Below are positions 25,633 to 38,762 of a stretch of 64,000 nt of DNA, one piece after another (the stretch's first letter is position 1; each line of letters starts with the position of its first letter). The translations under genes and the position numbers were made by a program. The DNA comes from Octopus bimaculoides (lineage: Eukaryota), in contig NC_068984.1 in the NCBI RefSeq assembly GCF_001194135.2, positions 56,963,708-57,027,707 on the forward strand, written 5' to 3'. The notes beneath the pieces were generated by a model. It did not search any database and had not been told where the DNA came from. It was given only the letters and a program-made list of their open reading frames with translations.

Positions 25633-27649
25633 TATCTAGTTTATTACTTTCTAACTTACTATTATTATTATTATTATTATCATTATTATTTTAGTTTCTG
25701 TCATCACAGATGGAAATAATATTTTATTCTTGCATTTTATCATTAGATACATTTTTATCTTCATAGTTGAGATGTCGTTTGTCTCATGTCTCATGTCAAG
25801 TCTGATTGTGGTCAAAGACAGTCCGCCTTTTTTTCGGGACACACTGCATCCAAGATCACATTGTCTAATTGTAAAGGCTGATTTAATGGGGATTTGGCTG
25901 CTATTTCTTGCAGGTCAGTGACCACCTAAAGGTACCCTTGTTGAGTAATCTGGGTTTTAGAAACTTCTGGTGTAAAATTCTTGAATGATCAAAGTGATTA
26001 TGTAAGAGAAAAATGGATGTAAAACCATAAAATTAAATGTTTCTCAAGTTCCAAGAAGACATTGAGAGATGGTACATAGCTTTAGATTTGTGGCAGAGTG
26101 AAGAAGAGGATAAGAGATAAATCTTCTCTGGTGTTCTGCTGACAAGCTGCATTTACTTGATAACTAGGTTGACTAAAAATATAGTTCTTTCTAAATTGGA
26201 AGTTGCAATATTCATGCTTTCCTTAAAATACCAGAAATGCAAGTTGAAGGAATTCTGTTTAGAAATCAAAACTAAGTTTTTGGTTTGTTTGTCAATAGTT
26301 TCTTGTTAGGCCAAGAAATCAGCTACTCTTAACTTTGATACAGATTTTATTGGAGGATGAGAAGTAAAGTTGACCACAGCAGAAATTGAAATCAGACTCC
26401 AAGGAGCCAGAACAAACACAGTAAAATATTTTGGCCAACACTCTAAAGAATCTGTATGGAAATTGTAACATTCAAAAAATTTCCATTTATTAACTCAGAA
26501 ACAGAGGAAACAAAACTTGTATATTTGTGTATTATTTCATATTTTATATTTTTTAAATTCTAATTTTTTTTGTCTCCTGCATTTTGTACAGTAATTTCGA
26601 TTATCTCCTCTTTATGTTGATGTCATGTGATCCATATGTATTGTGACATCATAATCTATTCAAAGACTTTATGCTGCCAGTCCAAAAGGCATAGTTTCAA
26701 GTTTAATGAAGTCTTGTTGTTTATGAAGAAATGAGAGGAAATTACTGATTTGCTTATTGAATTTACAGATTCAAAATATAGTTAAATCTGTAAATATGGT
26801 TGTTATGTTTATATGCACTGAAGATGATAGTCCAAATGTTTTGGGGTAATTATTTAATCATCACTTTCTCTGATTATTAACTGAAGATTCTGGTGTTACT
26901 GTTGCTCTTATAGTGATATTGCTCTTGAAATTGTAAGGTAAGTACCATATTTCCTAGTGTTGAAGATTCTACTTTTTTCCTAAAATACGTCTTGAAAATC
27001 TACCATGCATCCTGGAGGCCAAAGGCTGCATTTTTCATAGGCATATCCAAACCCCAGAGGAAAATGATCTATGCTACACAGTAATCTGAACCCCTGTATA
27101 TGACCGTTGAGTGAGGTGTATAAATTACACTTTGTTAAAGTAGTAAATAAACAAAAGTATCATAAAATTTCTTTTAATATATGCAGTCACAAAAGTTCAT
27201 TCCCGTATGGGTACTGTATATTAGATGAGGCAACTGACGAGTGATATTTTACATGTGTATCTATATTGCCAGTATTGTCACTCTCTTCAAACAACCTGAC
27301 TTCAAGGGGTCATTATTAGGTGACGGAAGAACTAAAAATGCAGCATGTTAAAAAGGTTTACAACAAAATATTAATAACAATAGTATCATAATCACTTACT
27401 CACTTTCTGTGATGAAACGTGTTGCATTCAGTCATCATTTACTCACTCTCTGTGATGAAGCGTGTTGTGTTCAGACAGCAACATAGGCTTCCTCCTTGAT
27501 CTCTGAAAGCCATGGTCTTAACCAGTTCATATCTGGACCTACTGACATTAGGAGTGATCCACAACTTCAGAAGATTTTATTTAAAATTTTTAGCACAACT
27601 GTTATTATGGTAACCTCAAGCATCAAGACTTAAATGTAACCTGCATCAG

Positions 27650-28660
27650 ACTGCAGCTAAGTGGCCAGAACTGGAGCAAGAGAAGGAGTGGATAGTTATG
27701 GAGAGAAATTTGGGTCTTGCTGTATCAATAAAAAGGATTATTAATGAATCAAAAGTGAGGACAGCAGCTTGAGGTCTGGATGATTTTTGTGACACATCAA
27801 GCTAGTGTTACAGATTTATGAAGAGGCACAAACTGACTATGAGAATGAAAATAAGAATAGCACAAAAAGCCTGAAGATTATGATAACAAAATAATCAAAT
27901 TTCACAGGTTCATAATCAATGCAAGGAAGGAGACTGACTACAAACTGGGTCAGATCAAAAACATGGATTAGGTATGATTAACATTTGAGGTAGTATCAAA
28001 TAGAACACTAGATGTTAAAGGGTCCAAAACTGTAAGTGTAAAGACATTTGGACATGAGAAAACCCATTATACTGCGGTATTATTGTGTTGTGCTGATGGA
28101 ACAAAACTGCTACCAGTGCTTATTTTCAAGAGGAAAACTTTACCAAAAGACAAAATTCTATGTGGAATTTTTGTTCATGTCCATCCAAAGTTGTGAATGG
28201 ATGAAGAGGGAGTGAAGTTATGGCTAGATAAGGTCTGGTCAAGGTGTTCTGGTGGCTTCCTTAAAAAAAACATCCATTCTTGTGTGGGACCAGTTTCATG
28301 CCCACAAAACAAAGGCTATTAAAGAAAGGGTGCAGAAATTGAAAATGAAAATGGCAGTAATCCCAGGTGGTTTAACAAGCCAATTACAACCACTGGACGT
28401 ATCAATCAACAAGCCTTTTAAGGCATTTATGAAAGAAGAGTGGAATCAGTGGATGAAAGTGAAGGACAATGACCTAACACCAACAGGTTGTTTGAAAAGG
28501 CCAACAATTGCTCAGGTATGTGAGTGGGTTCTGAAATTGTATAACACTGTGAAAATTGAAGTAATAGTAAAAATCTTTTTTAAAATGTGGCATCAATAAT
28601 GCATTAGATTGCACAGAAGATGATGTTTTGTTTGAAGATAGTGACGCTTTGGATAGTATT
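27650..28660 (+). pseudogene. pogo/POGK-like transposase (CENP-B HTH + DDE_1), disrupted
   Basis: KWPELEQ..EWI, CYRFMKRHKL, CCADGTKL.VLIFKRKTLPK, LVWDQFHAHKT, AVIPGGLTSQLQPLDVSINKPFKAFMKEEWNQWM; many stops and frameshifts. Confidence 0.92.
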
Positions 28661-28704
28661 GATGACCCTGATGGTTTTTCTGGTTTTGGAGCTATGGATG
28701 TGTC

Positions 28705-29125
28705 AGTTTTCAGGATTTGAAGAGTGAACTATTTTCCTTATACATTTAATATTTGCACACTTTTTAATCTTTTTCCATTGTAATTAGTTGTAACGTTTGC
28801 TTTGTCATATCCGTGTGAGAGTTTTAATGGTAATAATGTGAAATATTTTCAGGATTTGAAGATTAAAATGTTTTCTTATTTGTAATATTTCAGCTGTGCA
28901 GACTTTAATCTCTGTTCTGTTTTTATTTTTTATTTGGGTTGTCATGTTTCTGTGGTACTTCTACAAATGGTAGCAATAAGCAAAATATTTTCAGGATTTT
29001 ATGATTGAAATGTTTTTTATTGTGTAGATTTTACTGTAATCTTTATTTCATTTTTATTTTGTTCTGTTTGGGATGTCATGTTCATGTGGTATTTGTACAA
29101 AGTGTAACTGTGCAATAAAATGCTA
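28705..29125 (+). repeat. Degenerate minisatellite inside the pogo, about 140-bp unit x3
   Basis: Units begin ttttcaggattt at about 28707, 28846 and 28989; units 2 and 3 share ttgtcatgtt..gtggta..t.tacaa. Confidence 0.7.
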
Positions 29126-30325
29126 TTCCGTATTTCTCACAATAATTTTCCTATTATGGAGTTTAGTTTTTCCTTTGTCTGAGAGAAAAAAAAGTACTGT
29201 ATAAGTCTACATCCAATACTTCCAAAGTCTTAAAATACTGTACCAGCTGTAGCCCCGTTCACCTGCATGAACTGAGACACTATTGGCCGAGAAGCTTCCT
29301 GACAGAACACATGGAGATAAAAATCACTGCTAGGCCAAACAGTGAATAGCTGAACTGGAGTATCGTAGTGCAGAAGTGGATCCAGAAATTTCTGGTACAG
29401 AGTGGGTCTGAGGTCTGGTTCATTGCAAGATCAATGAAATGACAGTATATGTTCAGAAATACTGAAAAATTTAATTTTTATACTGAACCCTTCAAGGATT
29501 GTTTGTTGCTGGTACAAAAATATGTTTTCCATCATACATATTTAAGCAAAACAGTCAAATTTGAGAAGTTTCTTGGTTGGTGGTGGTAGTGATGGTAGGG
29601 GGAGGGAGTGGCATCCCCTACCCTTCCCCCTCTGAATCCCATCCCTGTCGTAGTGTAGTTTGAATATTACAGTGAACACATGATGGTAGGCATAAACTTT
29701 GAGAGCATACTTACCATATCATGTCTCTGTACTGATGGTCCCACAAAACAAATTGGTAAGGTAGGTGAGTGCTGCCTTTTGTTAGTTTTACAGACATGAT
29801 GAGTGGGGTCACAATGGAGACAGTCACGGTTAGCCAGCATAAAGGGATAGCGCAAATAAGTGTTAGACGAACAGCCAAAATAAATGTTAGGAACATTTTA
29901 AGTGGCATGCTGGAAGTTACAGTGATTTTTGTTTTTCGCATTGCATCTGTAAAGGTGACAAGACCCAAAGTACCAGGACCTTATTTTTATGTTTATTTTC
30001 TTTTTGAAATTTTTATTTGTCAGAATTAGGGTGCATCCTCAAGGAGAAAGCGTTTTTGATGTCAGGTAATACGGTATATTTTTACAATTGTCCAAGCAGT
30101 CTATATTGATGTAGAGAAATGCATACATTTTCCTAATGGTAGCAGGTTAGAATAAATAAGTGTTAAGTTAGGATTTGCTGAGATAAAAGTTTAGTCTGAA
30201 TCATGTTTTGAATAACTGTCAGTTTTTTTGTTGTTTTTTATGCAAAATAATGGATTATATTAGAGTTCCCTCATATATCTTTTTCTCTCTGTTTATTTTT
30301 CTGAGAAGAATGTGGATAGTGTTAT

Positions 30326-30684
30326 AGCTTTTGCTTACCAACCACATGGTTCCGGGTTCATTCCCACTGCGTGGCACCTTGGGCAAGTGTCTTCTACTAT
30401 AGCCTCGGGCCAACCAAAGCCTTGTGAGTGGATTTGGTAGATGGAAACATATATATATGTATGTGTGTATATGTTTGTGTGTCTGCGTTTGTCCCCCTGA
30501 TATCGCTTGACAATTGATGCTGGTGTGTTTACGTCCCCATAACTTAGCGGTTTGACAAAAGAGACCGATAGAATAAGTACTAGGCTTACAAAGAATAAGT
30601 CCTGGGGTCGATTTGCTTGACTAAAGGCGGTGCTCCAGCATGGCTGCAGTCAAATGACTGAAACAAGTAAAAGAGTAAAAGAGT
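30326..30684 (+). mobile_element. SINE family 1, near full length
   Basis: Reverse complement of 23360-23757; ends aagtaaaagagtaaaagagt. Confidence 0.85.
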
Positions 30685-33164
30685 TTAGTCTAAACAAGTT
30701 GACAAAAGGTAACCATTGCTCATAGCTTCCAAACTGATGAATTTGATGCAGTTGAGGATTTGTCAGTCTTGGTTGTGGGGTTAAGAAGTTCACTTCATAA
30801 CTACATGGTTTGGAGTTTTGATCCTGTTGTGCAACATCTTGGTCCAGTTTCTTCTCCCATATTTTTGAGTCAAACTTGTGAGTGGAATTTACCAAATGGA
30901 AAAAGCTGTGGAATTGTGGAATCCCATTGGAGGGACTCCTGTATTCTTGGGTGAGAGTCTTATGTTGCTTGGTTATAATACCTTCCTTAGTCCTTGGGTG
31001 TCTATAGCAGAATCTGGTCTGTTGCAAACATTCAAACTAGATATCTACTCAAAGAATAACTACTTGCCTCTCCCTTCAGTCTTGGAGTCCCTTAAGAGGA
31101 CCATGATACTGTTCTTCTCACTCTAAGGGATTAAAAAGAAAAAATATTTTTTCATATTGAGATCTGCAGGGAAGGAGTTTCAGAGGGTTGCTGATGTGGG
31201 GAAGAAAGGATTGGATAATGTGCTTAGTTTTAGGGAAACGTCTTCATCTATAGTCTAAGAGTTTACTTTCTTATACCTTCTGTGAGACTTCAGCTTCTGA
31301 TGGAATCATAATGGCACCATCATGATATATAGTGTATCTTGAGCAGCTCAATGTGGCTGGGTTTATCACCCCAATATTAGACTGGTACTTTATTTATCAG
31401 CTTCAAAGAAATGGCAAGCAAAACTGACTGTAGCAGTATTTGAACTTTTAGTGTAGAAAGCTGAAGCAAAAACTGCAAGGCATTCTAACTGGCACTGTAA
31501 TAATTTTGCCAATTTACCACCCTATATAAGTATTTTATTGGTGCGGTGCTAAAGTCCTGGCAAGCTAAGTCTCAAGATTTGATTTTTAGCTAACTCATTT
31601 AATTTCACTTGTTCTTTGTACTAATGATGGTGTTATTGTTGTTTAGCTCAAAGACAAGCCTCACTGAACAACCAATAATGAAGGCATTCATGCCATGGAT
31701 ATCTGTTCAGTTTTGTTTTCTTTTTTTCATGTACTGCATTATAACCAACATTGTCTAAATTGTTCTTTTTGTGTTTAAGATGGTATGGTGTTGTTTAAGG
31801 AAGAGTTGGCTTCTGTTTCTAGTGGGACAAGAGTTCATGCAGAATCTCCTTCATTGGCTCATCATGCCAATGATTTCCAAGTTGTAAACAATTGTATGGA
31901 GAATTAGTGGCTGTGCCAAGTTAATTTGGCTGTAATACCCATGCACTTTATACTCTTTTTCATAAAACTGATGTAGAAGGCCTTTACATGATTGGTTGTC
32001 TTACAAGAATTAGCAGCTAAATCTTCCTTAGATCATATATTTCCTTTTTGAAAATGGAAGGACACTTTGGATAATGTAGTCCTATATTAGATACACTACT
32101 TGAAATATGAATGGAAGGGTTATGACTGAAATATTTTTGATTAGAAGTGTACTTAGTCAGAGCTTGCCTCAGGCTAAATAAGAGCAACAACCACTAAAAT
32201 CAAGCATAAAGCAATACCAGTGGCAGTATTTGTAGAACAGGATATTTGAAATCTTCAATAACTGTTTTTTGCCTCTGTTATCTACATTTTAGATATTTAT
32301 TTTTAAAGATACAAACTCTGAATTTTAGGAAGACTATTAGTTCTTCATAATTAAAAAAAGACTGATGCTTCTGAGAGTTAATTGCATTTAAAATTAGCTT
32401 TCTTTCTTATTCTCCTTTTTCTCTTTTTTTTTTTCCCTTCCTTCTCCTCCTGTCTTTTTCTTCCCCTACCTGCTGCCTTTACTACCCTGTATCCATTATA
32501 AACAGAACCATATTAGTGCAAAAGTCAACTTCAGTACTTCCTCAAGACTCAGTAATCAATTGAATGCAAAACTATTTTAGTTTTCCAGTACAAAAATTGT
32601 TAGTTAAATCACTTTTGAATTTTAATAAAAATAGCTTTTTTTTTTTAATAATTGGTTTCAAAATTTAAAAAATACTTTTTAATAATAGAACCACCCTGTA
32701 AATACACATTTTTTTGTCATACCCTTCTTAAATGATGCAAAATATTCTTCAAACTATCTAATGAAATACTGTTATATTAATATAATTAAATGAGTAAACT
32801 TTTAAAAATAGATTTCCAGATCTAATTTCCAGTGCTCAATAATTAATTTCAACAAGGGAATTATTATGGTAGTTGAAAATTTGCAATTTCTTTGAAGTTT
32901 CTCTAATGTTCAAATCATCACTATATACAAAAAATAGATATATCTTTCTTCTCCCATTAATAAAAATTGATTTTATATCAATCTAATTTCTGTAAAATCA
33001 CATGGTAATTATTAAACAGTTGTTGATACTTGGATAAAGCTAAATGCATTGAGGTGTTTTTTGTTAGAATCAAAGTAGTTTCTGAACTAGATGCAAGGTG
33101 ACTTTGAATCAGTACCATTTTCATATCAAACTGGTCTTTTCACATGTAATATATAAAATGTTTG

Positions 33165-33170
33165 TATGTA

Positions 33171-33238
<68 letters not shown>
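33165..33238. repeat. (GTAT)n(GT)n microsatellite
   Basis: Read directly from the sequence. Confidence 0.95.
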
Positions 33239-33239
<1 letters not shown>

Positions 33240-34712
33240 TATGCCAGGTTACTTCTAGCACTAATTGTAATATGTAATCCAGTACAACCTGTTACATGGT
33301 CAGGCTGTAGGTGAGCAAACCACCTACTCTGTCAAGTCTGCTTGGTAAAGAGGATGGTTTTCATTGCACACCCTGAACTCAGTAGAGTCAGTGGCCATGC
33401 AGCGGCTGAGAGTGAGCAATCTCTTGTCTATGTTTAAAAATCCCTGTAAGAGAAGGAGATTCTGAAATAACACTTACCTCATTGCAAAACCAGAGATCAT
33501 GCTGTTGCTAGTTTCTGAACTACTATGCTCTGTAGGCTAGAGTCTTAATCGTGTTGTGCAAGCTGTTATTGACTTTAAGTTTCAGCACAGCTATTGTCTT
33601 TAACATCGATAAGATTATTAGTAATCTATGAGTTGGCACCCCACCCCCCACACACACATACACAGAACAATGTACCAGCTCATTTTAAATATATTCTGGA
33701 AGATTCAAATGTGAATATCTGTTTGCTGTTGCTTTTGGTAATGGAGAACAACTCCTCCCTTTATTTAGATGTTGTGTATTTCTAACACACATGATTCACC
33801 AGTGCAAGGTGACTTTGAGACACCATAGTGTTTCAACCCTGTGCCTCCTCAGTTGAAGTTATCCATCTGCTCTGATGAATCCAAGTGTATGAGCTGTTGT
33901 TTATAGGAATCAGCAAACAAATTATCTGTTATTCTAAGCTACCCCTCTAGTTTGCTGGATCTGACAAAAGTATAAGTTGTTGTTTATAGGAATCAGCAAA
34001 CAAATTATTTGTTGATATGTGTTCATGTCTGCCAACTAGATAATAATTCATGGAGTGCATGCAGTACAGCAGAAATCCTAACAATAATGTTTCTATTCAG
34101 TCTTAATACATTCTGGTAGATTCAAATGTGGTTATTGGCTATTGCTATTCATCAATGGAGAACGCTTCATGGAAAGGTATTTTTGACTGAGGAGATGCAC
34201 AATGTCATGCAACCAATCCTGCTATAAACATGTAAAGTAGAACTTGCTGATAAGACAAATGGGAATAATGTATAATTGATATCTCACATTAATTAAAAGA
34301 TACAAACTTGGAGGGTAGATGATTAAAATGGTTCCAGTACATGACTGCATTTTATTGATTTTGAAAGATGAAAAGTAATATTGACCTAGGCATGATCAAC
34401 TTTTTCATCACTGTTGTCACAATTTGTTGCCTGTGTATTTTCCTCCTTGTAGTTGCAGGCGCCTTGTATCATCTTAAGCGAGGTGCTTAAAATAAATGCT
34501 TCTCAAAGTTTATTTCTCGTACTTGAAGTGGAAAACAGCCTACTCTCATTTCAGAATGAGGCTAAACTTTCATTTTCCGATGGCATTTCATTGTTTACTC
34601 GCCATGAGGTACACAAGCTTTTAAATATATCATAAGATTTTTGATTTTTTTTACTGGACCAAAATGGTTGCTCCTGCATTTAATGAAGCTTTTCTGGAAG
34701 AAATCTTGGTGG

Positions 34713-35218
34713 GATTCTGGTTTAAGCACTCCATATAACCCCTCATAACATTTAAAATTTTTGGAATTTTCTGAAAATATTTGTGTTCTGCACACAAGAA
34801 CTCATATGATTATGGGGAAAAAAATTTTTTTCTTAATTTTTTAAACCTCCTCTCCAAATCCTAAAACTTTTTTGAATTTTGATTTTTTTAATCAGAGATT
34901 AACATATGGACACTTTCAATTTTTTGCTTAAATCCCAGCAATGGGCCAGCCTTCAATGCATCATCATTCTATTAAATGTGGAGAAAAATATTTAGAAACA
35001 TTAATACATGTCAGAGTGGCAAAGAAATGAAGAAGGTATCAAGGAGTTGTACAATATGCTAAAAACAACAGCTGAATCATCCTTAAATCACACACAAAAA
35101 TATTTTTTGTAATCCTATCAATTCCTGTGTGCAGAACACAAATTCACAAAAATTTTCAAATAATTCCACAAAACAAAAAAGTTATGAGGAGTTATATGGA
35201 GTGCTTAAACAAGAATTC
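34713..35218. mobile_element. Foldback with about 95-bp imperfect inverted arms, probably part of a non-autonomous DNA transposon (about 34600-35410)
   Basis: 34713-34802 versus 35119-35218 share tttaagcactccatataac.cctcataac and atttgtgttctgcacaca. Confidence 0.65.
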
Positions 35219-36878
35219 TGCTGAAATGTTGTTTGATTCTGACTCAGATGATGATGATTCTGGAAGATTCACTCCGGGAGATATCGATGGTGAAATGGTT
35301 GGAGGTATTGATGAAGACTGACTGTTTTATAGTGATATTGAGAATAACACCAAGTGAATACTATCACCCATGGGTGGGTAATTTTCAAAAGTTACTGGCC
35401 TCAAAGAGGTATCTGATGAAGGGTGTGTGAGCTTGCAGTTCCTCAGTTGAAAGTTCCATTTGTCAAATCATATAAATTGCTATCCTGTTGAATAAAAGAG
35501 ACTAAACTTGATGCATTTTAAACTTTGGAATAATCTGTAGCATACCATGGCTCTTATTTGTTGAAATGCTCAACAAGATGATATCCTCTTATAAACATGA
35601 TGAAGTATAATAAACAGAACAGAGTTTTTGTATAACTGATTTTATTTTAGTTACAGGTGGGACAATATTGATCATATCAGTTTATAATACCCTATTAACT
35701 GGTCCCTTTATTCTAGCTGATAAAATTACAGATTGCAATTATTTCAAAATAAAACTAAGCTAATGGAAGAAATAAAATAAATTAAAAATAAGAGCATAAA
35801 ACTAATATAAAAAGTGGAATTAGAAAAGTTTATAAGATATTTCATTCTAAGATATTTGTTTCCAGTGTTCACTATTGTATTGAATTTAATGTTACTGAAG
35901 GAAATGATTTCACAAATGGGCTTCCCTTTAAAGGTTCTGAACGATTGCTCTCACATATATTATGGTTTCCTTTGTTGTTTTGTTCTGAAACATCATTTCT
36001 ATAAAAAAATAATAATAACAAAACGAAACAAGAGAAAAAACTAATAAAACATTCTTTGATCACTTGGTGTTTCAACAAACCAATTTTCTCAAGCATTCAT
36101 TATCTGTATTCCAATATCTTTGTTCTTAATTTTGAAATTTTCTCAAAAGATTCCCCCCACCCCTGCTTTTTGTCTTTTTTTTTTTAGTCTTTTATTCTGC
36201 TAGAATTGGCATCCAACAATTTAATCATTTCACTTGCTTACTCTTTCTCTCTGTCTGTCTGTCTGTCTCTCTCTCTCTCCCCCCTCCTCTTATCTGCAAA
36301 TACCATTTTGTTCTTTTGTTCTTTTATATAGAATGCTAAAATATTTTTCATTTGCTTATCTACTTATTTTTCTTTTGTCATTTATTGGATTGGCTTCTTC
36401 ACCCATCATATGATAAGTTAAACCCTCAGTCTTATAATCATCACCATAAAGAGATAAAAAAATATTCTAGTAAATGCACACTTTGAATCCTTTTTAAATA
36501 AATGAGAATAAAAGAATATAAATTCAAATTTTCCACCAGTGCAGTTATTGAGTCAGATCTGCTCAGTTGAAGAATAGAAAAATTGGTTGATTTTACATTA
36601 TAATATGTTTAATTTATTTTGTTCTGTTCTCTGTTCTTGGATAACAGACAGTTTCATATTTGGCTTACTTATATCTTATAGTTCTAAAAATCATATGCAT
36701 ACTGTGATAAAATTTAAAACAAATATAATAAGCGAAAGTCATTTCTTTAATTTTTTGTTTTGAATGAATTAGATATAAAATATATCTCTAAACAGGTCTA
36801 ATGGGTTTTTTTTTTCCCCACTCAGCATTTTGTGAGTCATTCTAATGATCTTGTAACCCACCACCTACCACACCGGGG

Positions 36879-36930
<52 letters not shown>

Positions 36931-37738
36931 ATTGTGGAAGAATTGTTTCAGCAATTTAAGAAGACACACAAACTGTTTATTTGTTTCTTAATAGTAGTCT
37001 GCAGTGAAGTGTCAAAAAGTTTTGCCTTACTTCTGTGATCTGATCATTGTCACTTTATTTCACTGTTATGTGGAAGAATGTCTGTGACACTTTTATTACT
37101 GTCCATCATTCTTTCTGAAATACATGTAGACATAAATACACACATCAATGTGTGACATCCTTTTGCATGCTAATGAATATATAGTTTGAGGCCCCTAACT
37201 GCTGTCAAAATTTTTAAATGCATGAGTCACAAGACCTTATTTTATTGAACCTCACAAGATGTGAAGCTAAGGAATGAAACTTAAGACCTTTATGTTCTCG
37301 TCTTTATGTCAAATCTCCAAATTTGAAGACTATTCTACAAGAAACAAGACTCCAATCCACAGAAGTAGAATATACATAAGAAGATAGATTGTGATTGTTG
37401 TTTAACCCAAGGTCCATCTATTCATTGAATTGCTAGGTTACACCTTTTGAAATGTCACTGGTTTTAATATAATATAATGTTTTTTTTGGGTTTTTTTTCA
37501 TATTTTTGCATTGACACTGCATTGGATAACAGTGACAGTGTTGCTTGTTTATATCTCCCTTTAAAAAAAAGTTCTGCAAGCCAGTTTGACATGTGAAGTT
37601 CGTTTGAATAAAGTACTTCACTTGAAAACAAGTAAAGGTTTGTGTAACAAAGGGCATTAGGCTGTAGGTAGAATATTGCCTCGAGAAGACTTTTTAGCAA
37701 TGTGAAAATAAATGCCTTACTCAAGGATACAAAGCGCT

Positions 37739-38400
37739 GGGATCTTGTTCAAAACGGGGGCACCAGTTTTCATTAATGTTTTATGTAGTGTTTTTGGTAC
37801 CGAAAGACTTTCAAACTTCGTATACTTATCTATTTTGTGTTATAGAACAGAAAAAAATTTTTGTATTCAGATTTATTTCATGTAAAAAATTGTCTTATTT
37901 CGATAATTTCAACCAATCACTGTTTACAGTATTCAGCTGTTTACAAGTTACTCCTTTGGCACTTTAAGCGGTGTAAAGCGTATTTAATCTCCATTACTTC
38001 TGACATTTTGCAGAGGCAACACACATGTGTTCGTTTTCCCTAACCCTAACCGACTTGCTCCTTCCCTCAAAAACCATGCCTTGTGCCTATAATAGAAAGG
38101 TTTATTAGCTACTGCCAATATGCTTCAGCCATTTTTTGACAAGGAAATAATAATTTTATCACCGCCGAGATTCGTTTGTTTACGTAGTCAGCACTTAATT
38201 TTTACGGCTGAATGGACGTCAGTCATTGGTTGAAATTACAGAAATACGACAACTTTAACATGAAATAACTTGCGATGTACGTTTTTTTGTTAAGAAGACT
38301 AAGAGAAAAAGATGTTTTATATGACACATTCTACCAGTGTCCCAAGTTTCAAAGTGTTTCATTGAGAAAATACTGGTGCCCCCGTTTTGAACAAGATCCA
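37739..38400. mobile_element. 662-bp MITE, 29-bp TIRs, 6-bp TSD AGCGCT
   Basis: GGGATCTTGTTCAAAACGGGGGCACCAGT ... ACTGGTGCCCCCGTTTTGAACAAGATCCA, with AGCGCT at 37733-38 and 38401-06. Confidence 0.9.
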
Positions 38401-38721
38401 AGCGCTGTCCAATCAAGGAATTGAACTTAGGACTTTATGATTGTGAGCCCAACTCCCTAACCACTGGGTAATGCACTTTTACACACACATACATACAAGT
38501 TTGTGTATATAAATATACACACATGCACACACCTACACACACGTAAGCATTGTATACCCTATTTATTGTGAGCATGCACACACAAACGCAGTAGTGGAGA
38601 ATGTGTAAACTAGGAGCCTTAATAGCTACTACAAAACAGCACCACAGCCACCACCATCCCAGTGATAAAATGCTGTTTCCCTTTTTATATTAACTACATA
38701 CATAGAAATGGAATGGTGGAG

Positions 38722-38762
<41 letters not shown>

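Larger units (their letters stand above)
26945..30074 (+). mobile_element. Full-length decayed pogo-type (Tc1/mariner superfamily) DNA transposon
   Basis: Left end TA|CCATATTTCCTAG and right end CAGGTAATACGG|TA (imperfect TIRs, TA duplications at 26943-44 and 30075-76); contains the transposase relic. Confidence 0.8.
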
